Positions 1-6,481 of a stretch of DNA of 64,000 bases are shown one piece after another. The stretch is from the NCBI GenBank assembly GCA_965237995.1, contig CBDEGO010000004.1:451780-515779 (forward strand), in the 5' to 3' direction. The translations under genes were made by a program, and so were the position numbers. The notes beneath the pieces were generated by a model, which worked only from the letters and a program-made list of their open reading frames with translations, was not told where the DNA came from and made no database searches. The stretch comes from Candidatus Poriferihabitaceae bacterium (GTDB lineage Bacteria; Pseudomonadota; Gammaproteobacteria; Arenicellales; Poriferihabitantaceae). How positions within the stretch are numbered: the stretch's first letter is position 1; every line of letters starts with the position of its first letter.

Positions 1-1
1 A

Positions 2-61
2 GAACTTGCCGAATTAACTCAAAGTGGATACGTTCGGTATGAGGAAGCTGGCTATCTATAG
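2..61 (+). CDS. 3' end (19 codons, ...ELAELTQSGYVRYEEAGYL*) of an ORF truncated by the window start
   Basis: Open frame from the window edge to TAG at 59-61, immediately followed by the first attC-like repeat. It is too short to assign a function. Confidence 0.3.
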   Translation, partial: ELAELTQSGYVRYEEAGYL

Positions 62-128
62 CAACCTGAATCCCTTCGGCAAGACAATAATTAAATGGCC
101 GTAAAGGGCAACTCACCGCCCGTTAGGG
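59..128 (+). repeat. attC-like repeat 1
   Basis: TAGCAAC at 59-65. Imperfect stem CCCTTCGGC (72-80) / GCCGTAAAGGG (98-108). GGGCAAC at 106-112, a 9-nt spacer, then GTTAGGG at 122-128. AAC 63-65 can pair with GTT 122-124. Confidence 0.55.
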
Positions 129-168
129 TCGCTATTTATAGCGTAAGAAAAATTCATAACACTAAACT

Positions 169-642
169 ATGATTATTAGAAAAATCGAAGAAAAAGATGC
201 TGATGAAGTCTTTTCGTTAATACAAGCTAAAGCAGAATTCGATGGAGATATTGACTCATTGAAATCTAATAAAGCTAAGCTTAAAGAAGCCTTCTTTGCT
301 CCTATGCCAAAAGCTAGTGCAATAATTGCAGAAGTCGAAGGTAAGGTAATAGGTATGGCGACTTATTACAGCATTTACTCAACCTTTATTGCTAAATCAG
401 GAATATGGCTTGATGATTTGTTTGTCTATGAAGCTTATAGAAAAACAGGAGCAGGTAAAAAACTAATGAGCAAGCTTTGCGATATTGCAGTTGAATCAAA
501 TTGCGGGAGAATTGATTGGTTAGTAGCAGTAGATAATGAAAATGGTCGAGGGTTTTATGAATCTATAGGTGCACAAATATTTGAAGTAGTACGACACTCT
601 CGCCTTGATGAAGAAGCTATCCATAAACTATCGAACAAATAG
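169..642 (+). CDS. GNAT family N-acetyltransferase (cassette 1)
   Basis: 157 aa, a typical GNAT size. The acetyl-CoA motif A region reads YRKTGAGKKLM (R-x-x-G-x-G/A). Confidence 0.8.
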   Translation: MIIRKIEEKDADEVFSLIQAKAEFDGDIDSLKSNKAKLKEAFFAPMPKASAIIAEVEGKVIGMATYYSIYSTFIAKSGIWLDDLFVYEAYRKTGAGKKLMSKLCDIAVESNCGRIDWLVAVDNENGRGFYESIGAQIFEVVRHSRLDEEAIHKLSNK

Positions 643-693
643 CAAAACCCCGACTGCAATGGCTGAAAAGGGCAAAACTGAGACAGGTTAGCT
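640..693 (+). repeat. attC-like repeat 2 (short form)
   Basis: TAG-CAAAAC at 640-648. CCCG (649-652) can pair with GGG (670-672). GGGCAAAAC at 670-678, an 8-nt spacer, then GTTAGCT at 687-693. The architecture matches repeat 8. Confidence 0.45.
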
Positions 694-827
694 AAAAACG
701 ACTGGCTCTGGCATACTCATTTGAGACAGTTATTGGACTTTGAATTGATTTATAACCGTGCATCAAGTTGGTTAATATTTTCCGATAGCAGTCATTCAAC
801 TCGAAGGTTAAATCTTAGGAAAACAAC

Positions 828-1223
828 ATGAAAATAGTACACCATGGCATTATCCTTAATGTTCAGGCATTTGATGAATGCGTAGAGTTTTACAAGGAGT
901 TATTTCAGTTACCTGAGCTTTTTTCAACTGTGGATTATGATTTCAAACTCACCTGCCTAAAATACGGTGATTCATATTTGATGATAGAGTCAGAAGGTGC
1001 TGACATTGCGTATCCTCAAGGTAAAAGCGTCTCTCAGAATCCAACGAAATTGAGATTCAATGTGTTAGATATATATAAAGCACACGAAACAATTATTGCG
1101 TACGGTTTGCGTACAGAGGTCATGCGAAATGACTGGGGCTCAGTAATCAATATCAACGATCCTGACGGAAATCCTATAAGCATAAGAGATGATAAAGGTT
1201 ATCAAGAACAGATTAAAAACTGA
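828..1223 (+). CDS. VOC / glyoxalase-bleomycin resistance family protein (cassette 2)
   Basis: 131 aa. The N-terminal beta-alpha-beta segment HHGIILNVQAFDECVEFYKELF and the C-terminal INDPDGNPISI are typical of the VOC fold. Confidence 0.7.
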   Translation: MKIVHHGIILNVQAFDECVEFYKELFQLPELFSTVDYDFKLTCLKYGDSYLMIESEGADIAYPQGKSVSQNPTKLRFNVLDIYKAHETIIAYGLRTEVMRNDWGSVININDPDGNPISIRDDKGYQEQIKN

Positions 1224-1313
1224 ACGGCTGCTTTTGTTTGCCTAGATATAGACTTGGTTGAAAACAACTATATTTATTGTCATTGGGAATGGCAGAAAAG
1301 GGCGGCGGTCAGT
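1220..1313 (+). repeat. attC-like repeat 3 (degenerate core)
   Basis: CTGAAC at 1220-1225. Stem CTTTTGTTTGCC (1231-1242) / GGCAGAAAAG (1291-1300). AAAAGGGC is followed by GGTCAGT (1307-1313), which is nearly the reverse complement of CTGAAC but reads GGT instead of GTT. Confidence 0.45.
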
Positions 1314-1460
1314 CGATGAAGCCTTAAAGTGGTTTTCCGCCCCTCCTGTAAGCAATAAAATTCAAAACCGTAAGTTTCTCAAATGCTCCCGCTAGTCCAA
1401 TTTCCAAATTGCACCGCAATCGTTGTCAATAAACTAATTTACATACTAATATAAACTGAA

Positions 1461-2081
1461 ATGATCGACTTAATTTCTCTAGGGTCTACAGCGTTAGCAT
1501 TTTTTATTGTTGCAGTAGCACCGGGGCCAGCGACCATTTCAAACGCAACAGTAGCGATGAGTCACGGGCGCAAAGCGGGCTTTAAATATGGTCTAGGCTT
1601 ATCATTTGGATTGGGATTTTGGGGTTTGATCGCTGCAAGTGGGATGGGAGCGGTGTTGCAAGGATCGATATATCTACTGATGGTACTCAAGGTTTTGGGG
1701 GGCTTATATCTTCTTTGGTTGGCGTTCCTTGCTGGCCGCTCAGCGTGGCGTTCTGATACCAAAAGTCCTGTGGAATCTAATAATCAGGGCTGGTTTTTTA
1801 GAGGACTACTGCTCAATTTATCCAATCCTAAAGCTGTTGTTGCTTGGATGGCAGCACTTTCAGTTGGTCTTGACTCGAACGATGGCATCCATGCCGTTGC
1901 TGTCGCCACAGCAGTTTGTATTGGGGTTGGTTTTGCGATCTACGCGCTTTACACAATTCTGTTTTCTATTGGAAGCATGATGCGTGGCTATCAACGCTTC
2001 CGTCGCAGGATTAATGGTATTGTTTCTGGGCTGTTTGCACTTGCTGGGCTTGGTCTAATTCGTTCAGCCTTCACTCGATAA
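1461..2081 (+). CDS. LysE/RhtB family amino-acid exporter (cassette 3)
   Basis: 206 aa, polytopic. The motifs VAPGPA (N-terminal) and NLSNPKAVVAW are characteristic of LysE-type translocators. Confidence 0.8.
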   Translation: MIDLISLGSTALAFFIVAVAPGPATISNATVAMSHGRKAGFKYGLGLSFGLGFWGLIAASGMGAVLQGSIYLLMVLKVLGGLYLLWLAFLAGRSAWRSDTKSPVESNNQGWFFRGLLLNLSNPKAVVAWMAALSVGLDSNDGIHAVAVATAVCIGVGFAIYALYTILFSIGSMMRGYQRFRRRINGIVSGLFALAGLGLIRSAFTR

Positions 2082-2193
2082 ACCTTAGAATTCGCTTCGA
2101 TTAGATATGGAAGAAGTGGCCGCATAGGGTAAAACTGGAACAGATCGCTAGTTTATCGACTGTCTCAAAAGGGCAACTAAGCGACCGTTTGGC
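2077..2193 (+). repeat. attC-like repeat 4
   Basis: GATAAAC at 2077-2083 overlaps the stop codon. CTTAG (2084-2088) pairs with CTAAG (2177-2181). AAAAGGGCAAC is at 2167-2177, followed by a spacer and GTTTGGC at 2187-2193. AAAC/GTTT can also pair. Confidence 0.5.
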
Positions 2194-2236
2194 TTGCTTT
2201 AAAGTGCAGTAAAAATTTGCGTGATTTGTGCTGAGT

Positions 2237-2266
2237 TTGACTTTTTCAATTAGGCAGCAGGATACT
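2237..2266 (+). promoter_or_regulatory. Candidate sigma70-type promoter inside the cassette 4 leader
   Basis: TTGACT (2237-2242), an 18-nt spacer, then GATACT (2261-2266). The segment aligns with the modules at 3040-3068 and 3790-3819. Confidence 0.4.
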
Positions 2267-2392
2267 CGTTAGAGACACTCAAGCGAACGAGAATACAGCC
2301 AATACCACACTCTATAAACCAATACACCTAGTTACTTGCAAATGTATTGCAAGCGTGTCTTGTAGGTAAAAATGAAGCCTAGCTAATATTAG

Positions 2393-2935
2393 ATGGATAG
2401 ATCTAACGCTAACCAGCACGAAGGGATCGTGCGTCAAATAAGAAAACTTGTCCTAGCTTGGGACTCAATGGTTCAAGTTACAGAACTGTTGATGCATATA
2501 GAAAAAAGTGACCTCAACATAGACGACAATTTGTATTCCCCAATGATTTCTGGAGCCGTAACTTCTTATGCTCGTAATTTTGTTAGTTCAGATGGATTAG
2601 GCCCACTCAGCACTTCCTATAAAGATTTTAAAGGAAAAGACGAGTTAGACTCGATACACCAACTAGTAATGACGGCTCGACAAAAAATTTATGGTCATAG
2701 AGATGCTACATATAAGCACCAAGGCTTGGAAAACATCTATGAAATTAAAGTTCGAATACAAAACAATGAACTTGAATTGAAACCCATTCTTGTGGATCTA
2801 TGGCCGGGTCAGATAAATAAATTCAGATTACTTGTTGAGTATCAGAAAGGTAGACTTGAGGAAGAAATTGTAGAAAAAATAGAACGACTCAACATAGTTG
2901 ACCGAGATACTAATAACGAATGGTATACGCTTTGA
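2393..2935 (+). CDS. Hypothetical protein (cassette 4, orphan)
   Basis: A 180-aa ORF with an ATG start and no TM segments. I recognise no motif. The call rests on its length and its position between two attC-like repeats. Confidence 0.5.
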   Translation: MDRSNANQHEGIVRQIRKLVLAWDSMVQVTELLMHIEKSDLNIDDNLYSPMISGAVTSYARNFVSSDGLGPLSTSYKDFKGKDELDSIHQLVMTARQKIYGHRDATYKHQGLENIYEIKVRIQNNELELKPILVDLWPGQINKFRLLVEYQKGRLEEEIVEKIERLNIVDRDTNNEWYTL

Positions 2936-2951
2936 AAGTATCAATAACACA

Positions 2952-3039
2952 CTGAACTGGGACTTGCCACACTGTGTTCTGCAAGCTCCTTGGCTCATTC
3001 GTTAACTGGCTGTTCTGGGCAACTAAGCGCCTGTTGAAC
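2952..3039 (+). repeat. attC-like repeat 5
   Basis: CTGAAC at 2952-2957. ACTTGCC (2962-2968) pairs with GGGCAACT (3017-3024) at 6 of 7 positions. A 9-nt spacer precedes GTTGAAC at 3033-3039, a perfect GTTRRRY. Confidence 0.55.
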
Positions 3040-3068
3040 TTGACTTTAGTAGTAGGCAAAAACATACT
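3040..3068 (+). promoter_or_regulatory. Candidate sigma70-type promoter at the 5' edge of cassette 5
   Basis: TTGACT (3040-3045), a 17-nt spacer, then CATACT (3063-3068). It starts 1 nt after the GTTGAAC core. Confidence 0.45.
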
Positions 3069-3186
3069 CCTCGCAACCATCCACCCATTTTTTCTATCAC
3101 ACGTCGCAATCTAAGTAATAAGCCATTCAAGTCTAGTTTGCTACTAATGATCTGACGGAATTCATGGCTACAAGGTAAATCAAGCT

Positions 3187-3765
3187 ATGCCAAATCTCAT
3201 CATAATTTTTGGACCTCCCGCCTCAGGTAAAGCCGCTGTCGGACATGAATTGGCAGCGTTGACAGGATACAAATTCTTTCATAACCATCTTACTGCCGAC
3301 CCTGCTGCTGCGTTATTTGGCTGGGGGACCGATCAATTTGGGGAAATGACTAACGCTATTCGTGACCTTCTATTTCGAGAAGTTGTTTCTGATAACTCTA
3401 TACTAGGCGTGGTTTTTACAATTGTCTGGGGACTTGATTTACCAGACGACACCAATTGGTTGAAAAACCTATCATCAATGTTTATCAAATCAGGCGGCCA
3501 AGTGTTCTTTGTTGAACTACAAGCTAGTCTACCAACACGAATCGCGCGCGAAGGGACACCATTTCGGGTCACCTTGAAGCCTTATTTACGAGACGTAGAT
3601 GCAGCTCGGTTACGCCAAGTTACTATGGACGAGAACTACAAGATGAACACTGATGGCACCCTTCCCTTTAAATACCCTCATCTTTTAATCAATACAGAGG
3701 AAACAGTGCCAAAGGATGCCGCATTAATTATTGAGAACAACTTCTCACTTTTGAGTAACAACTAG
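3187..3765 (+). CDS. P-loop NTPase, small-molecule/nucleotide kinase-like (cassette 5)
   Basis: 192 aa with an N-terminal Walker A, IIIFGPPASGKAAVG. The single-domain size is typical of AAA_33/CPT-like kinases. Confidence 0.6.
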   Translation: MPNLIIIFGPPASGKAAVGHELAALTGYKFFHNHLTADPAAALFGWGTDQFGEMTNAIRDLLFREVVSDNSILGVVFTIVWGLDLPDDTNWLKNLSSMFIKSGGQVFFVELQASLPTRIAREGTPFRVTLKPYLRDVDAARLRQVTMDENYKMNTDGTLPFKYPHLLINTEETVPKDAALIIENNFSLLSNN

Positions 3766-3789
3766 GGGAAGCCTCAGCACCTGTTGAAC
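3735..3789 (+). repeat. attC-like repeat 6 (overlaps the ORF 3' end)
   Basis: GAACAAC at 3735-3741 lies inside the end of the preceding ORF. CAACTAG spans its stop codon. GTTGAAC is at 3783-3789. The 21 nt CCTGTTGAACTTGACTTTAG are identical to repeat 5. Confidence 0.45.
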
Positions 3790-3819
3790 TTGACTTTAGC
3801 AACGAGCAAGAAACATACT
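3790..3819 (+). promoter_or_regulatory. Candidate sigma70-type promoter at the 5' edge of cassette 6
   Basis: TTGACT (3790-3795), an 18-nt spacer, then CATACT (3814-3819). About 37 of 42 nt are identical to the 3031-3070 segment. Confidence 0.45.
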
Positions 3820-3852
3820 CAATTCGGTTAGCCACAAAGAAGTAATTAGAGA

Positions 3853-4320
3853 ATGTCGGAGTATGTTGCCCAAGTAAGTTGGAGTCGCGGAAGCGAAGAA
3901 TTGTTTATAGACAGCAAATATAGTCGAGGCCATGAATGGAAATTTGATGGCGGAATATCTGTACCCGCTTCTGCCTCTCCGCACGTAGTGCCATTGCCTT
4001 ATTCAGTTGAAAAAAATGTAGACCCCGAAGAAGCATTTGTTGCATCTCTATCGAGTTGCCATATGTTGGGCTTTCTTGCTATTGCCGCAAAGAGGCGATA
4101 TATCATTGACGAATATATAGACCATGCCGTTGGCGTAATGGAAGAAGATCAAGATGGAAGCATCTCAATAACCAAGGTGACACTTAAACCTAAAATTGTG
4201 TTTACAGGGGAACGGCAACCTTCGAAAGAAATGTTGGAAAAGATGCATCACCAATCTCATCAGCATTGCTTTATTGCCAACTCAGTTAAGACTGAAGTCA
4301 TCACTGAGATTGTTAATTAG
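3853..4320 (+). CDS. OsmC/Ohr family peroxiredoxin-like protein (cassette 6)
   Basis: 155 aa. The two conserved Cys contexts, LSSCHM and HQHCFIANS, are typical of the OsmC family. Confidence 0.75.
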   Translation: MSEYVAQVSWSRGSEELFIDSKYSRGHEWKFDGGISVPASASPHVVPLPYSVEKNVDPEEAFVASLSSCHMLGFLAIAAKRRYIIDEYIDHAVGVMEEDQDGSISITKVTLKPKIVFTGERQPSKEMLEKMHHQSHQHCFIANSVKTEVITEIVN

Positions 4321-4340
4321 CTTTTCATCAAATTGAATCG

Positions 4341-4382
4341 CCTTACGGCCAGCAAAAAAGGTAACAACCGAGATAGTTACCG
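4341..4382 (+). repeat. attC-like repeat 7 / hairpin between the OsmC and GNAT ORFs
   Basis: GGCCAGCAAAAAAGGTAAC resembles GGCCGTAAAGGGCAAC of repeat 1. There is a perfect inverted repeat GGTAAC (4360-4365) / GTTACC (4376-4381). GTTACCG occupies the core position. Confidence 0.35.
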
Positions 4383-4383
4383 G

Positions 4384-4848
4384 ATGATGAAGACAACTAA
4401 ACACTCACCCAAAGACCCTGCACTTTCTGATGTGCTGAAGTTGATTCAATCAAGCTTCGCCTATATGGATAACCGTATTGATCCGCCATCATCCATGCAC
4501 AGACTGAGTTTAGATGACATCGCAGCACATTGTAGTAACGGTGAAGTATGGTCAATTGGAACACCGCCAATCGCTTGCCTATTTATGAAGGTGCAATCAG
4601 ACGCATACTATGTGGGAAAGTTAGCAGTGTCCGAAGCGCATAGAGGAAAGGGGCTTGCTAGAACCTTAGTTAATTTAGCAGCAGACAGAGCCAAGAAAAT
4701 GGGGTTACTGTGGTTAGAATTGGAAACACGGATTGAGCTAGTGGAAAATCATGCAACATTCGCGCGGCTTGGTTTTATAAAGACAGCCGAAGCAAGCCAT
4801 TGTGGCTATCAACAACCTACTTACATTGTTATGCGAAAGCCTGTTTAG
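4384..4848 (+). CDS. GNAT family N-acetyltransferase (cassette 7, or the second gene of cassette 6)
   Basis: Motif A reads HRGKGLARTLV. I chose the ATG-ATG at 4384 over the track's TTG at 4333 because the attC-like repeat occupies 4341-4382. The choice of start is uncertain. Confidence 0.7.
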   Translation: MMKTTKHSPKDPALSDVLKLIQSSFAYMDNRIDPPSSMHRLSLDDIAAHCSNGEVWSIGTPPIACLFMKVQSDAYYVGKLAVSEAHRGKGLARTLVNLAADRAKKMGLLWLELETRIELVENHATFARLGFIKTAEASHCGYQQPTYIVMRKPV

Positions 4849-4886
4849 ACTATGCGCCAATTATTAAATCAAAATAATCTTAGGGC

Positions 4887-4922
4887 TTCAACCCGACAAA
4901 CGGGCAACATCAGGCAATAGCT
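4887..4922 (+). repeat. attC-like repeat 8 (terminal, degenerate)
   Basis: TTCAAC at 4887-4892. CCCG/CGGG form a small stem. GGGCAAC is at 4902-4908, followed by a 7-nt spacer and AATAGCT at 4916-4922, where repeat 2 has GTTAGCT. Confidence 0.35.
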
Positions 4923-4987
4923 TACTAAACAACATTCAGACTAGATTTCAATTTGTAAGATCAAACCTCGGCTTTTACAACAAAATG

Positions 4988-6457
4988 CTAGCTGATTGAA
5001 ACAGTCTGCTTTGCTCTCGCCTTGCTATACAGCGCGGGCCGCACAGAGGCATTCATTTCGCACATCGAAACCGCCTGCCATTGCCCATGTTGCTTTACAA
5101 CGCCTTTAAAGGCGCAGGCATCTAAACGCTGTTTTACCGTTGCGCTTTGAGGCTGTGCAATTTGCCCATCACTCATAAAGTTATGCATTACTAAGTTAAA
5201 CCCTTTAGCCTTACCTCTAAGTAAAGCGAACGCGAATGCCAAGCTAAGCTCTCGCTTATAAGCGAGTTCAGCCGCATACAAGACCGACCAAAGAACCACA
5301 CTCGGCCTTCGAATCAAGCCGCCAATTTTCTGCAACAATGAAATACTCGGTTTAGTGCTTTTTGCCCCTAAGCCGCCAAATGTATTCAAGGCACAAGCCC
5401 AAAAGCGTTGACCAATTTTGGTAGAACTACCTAAGTTGGCTACGGTAGCGCCTTTCGGCCAAGCCAAGATAGTGGCCACACTACTGCAATCTTTATGACC
5501 AAATAAAAGGTGACTGCGAGGCAACGTTAACCCTAAGGCGCTGGATAATGCAGCCCACGTTTTTTCTGGCGTCACCGGGCTAGAAGAAGCCAAAGTACGG
5601 CCTACCGCAGCTTCGGTTTGAAAACTGATGGTTCTGCACACATCCATGTTTTCTGGCTTTTGTCTGAGCCAAGATAGTATTTCGCCGACACTATCTATAT
5701 TTTTTTCGGTTACAGTAACCGTTTGCGCGACGACCACTAATTTGCCCGTTTGTTTACGCATCTTAAGTACAAGCTGTACAAACTCATCGCGAAGCGGATT
5801 GAGCTGCGCTTCATGCGTTAAAGATTTAATCGGGTAGCGAGCGCGCCCTGCCATGGTGGTATCGATATGGATACTTAGTTTTCTTAAACCACCAAGAACC
5901 ACTAAATCCTTGAAGAAACCTTGATGTTCAAGCAACCCTTGCCCATGCGTCATTAACATGGGCACTAATCCTTGCTCGTTGGCATAGCGTATCACTTCGA
6001 GTAGCTCGTTTGGCTTACCCGCCCGAAAATACGCATCGACCACATCACCCCCGGTAATTTGAATATTACCACCCACTCCCATTAATCGCCGCTGTGCGTC
6101 TATTTGTTCTTTCATTTGCGCTAGCGGCACAAGCGCTTGATGATTGGCGCCTTTGGGCAAGTAACAATGGCTACAACCAAAAGAACAATAAGATGGCCCC
6201 ATGGTGTACCCACATTGCACCCAGTGCTTACCGACTATCTGATTAGGTTGTTGTAAATCCGCGGGTAACTGTTGCCAACGCTGGTTTAACAATTGCCGTT
6301 TATCACTTGGTAACGGATTCCATAGTGCTTGCCAGTATGGCTTTATTTTCTCTCGAATTCGCTGCCAGCACCCCTGAATTCCTGTCACACAATCACCCAC
6401 CGAACTTAGCCATTCAGTTTGCGTTTTAGAACGAGTTTTTACAATACGTATATTCAT
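4988..6457 (-). CDS. Radical SAM protein, subfamily unassigned
   Basis: 489 aa. It carries the canonical CxxxCxxC cluster motif CSFGCSHCY and a glycine-rich ITGGD segment. The long C-terminal half ends in a Cys-containing tail, CAFKG...SMCEMN. Confidence 0.7.
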   Translation of the reverse strand: MNIRIVKTRSKTQTEWLSSVGDCVTGIQGCWQRIREKIKPYWQALWNPLPSDKRQLLNQRWQQLPADLQQPNQIVGKHWVQCGYTMGPSYCSFGCSHCYLPKGANHQALVPLAQMKEQIDAQRRLMGVGGNIQITGGDVVDAYFRAGKPNELLEVIRYANEQGLVPMLMTHGQGLLEHQGFFKDLVVLGGLRKLSIHIDTTMAGRARYPIKSLTHEAQLNPLRDEFVQLVLKMRKQTGKLVVVAQTVTVTEKNIDSVGEILSWLRQKPENMDVCRTISFQTEAAVGRTLASSSPVTPEKTWAALSSALGLTLPRSHLLFGHKDCSSVATILAWPKGATVANLGSSTKIGQRFWACALNTFGGLGAKSTKPSISLLQKIGGLIRRPSVVLWSVLYAAELAYKRELSLAFAFALLRGKAKGFNLVMHNFMSDGQIAQPQSATVKQRLDACAFKGVVKQHGQWQAVSMCEMNASVRPALYSKARAKQTVSIS

Positions 6458-6481
6458 GATAACTAGGCAGATTTTCCCTCA

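Larger units (their letters stand above)
1..4922 (+). mobile_element. Probable integron gene-cassette array (partial; intI/attI/Pc not in window)
   Basis: Seven complete small ORFs plus a 3' ORF fragment lie on the + strand and are functionally unrelated. Every boundary carries a related imperfect repeat with an AAAGGGCAAC-N7-10-GTTRRRY-like core. The array ends where the convergent radical SAM gene begins. Confidence 0.6.

Noticed and set aside
1562-1980. ORFs 1562-1762 (-) and 1729-1980 (+) inside the LysE gene
   Set aside because: They lie entirely within a longer ORF that carries clear LysE motifs. Their products are low-complexity and basic or proline-rich, as expected for off-frame translation.
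3333-3984. Antisense ORFs 3333-3572 (-) and 3796-3984 (-) in the cassette region
   Set aside because: They overlap the P-loop kinase-like and OsmC ORFs on the opposite strand. They have no motifs and would break the co-directional cassette logic.
4333-4383. TTG start at 4333 extending the second GNAT by 17 codons
   Set aside because: The extension would be encoded by the attC-like repeat/hairpin itself. The ATG-ATG at 4384 gives a normal-length GNAT. I kept this as an open ambiguity in the findings.
59-4922. Could the regularly recurring repeats in the first 5 kb be a CRISPR array?
   Set aside because: The repeats are imperfect, vary in length, and are spaced 560-870 bp apart. Full-length protein-coding ORFs lie between them. 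No short uniform spacers and no cas genes are present.
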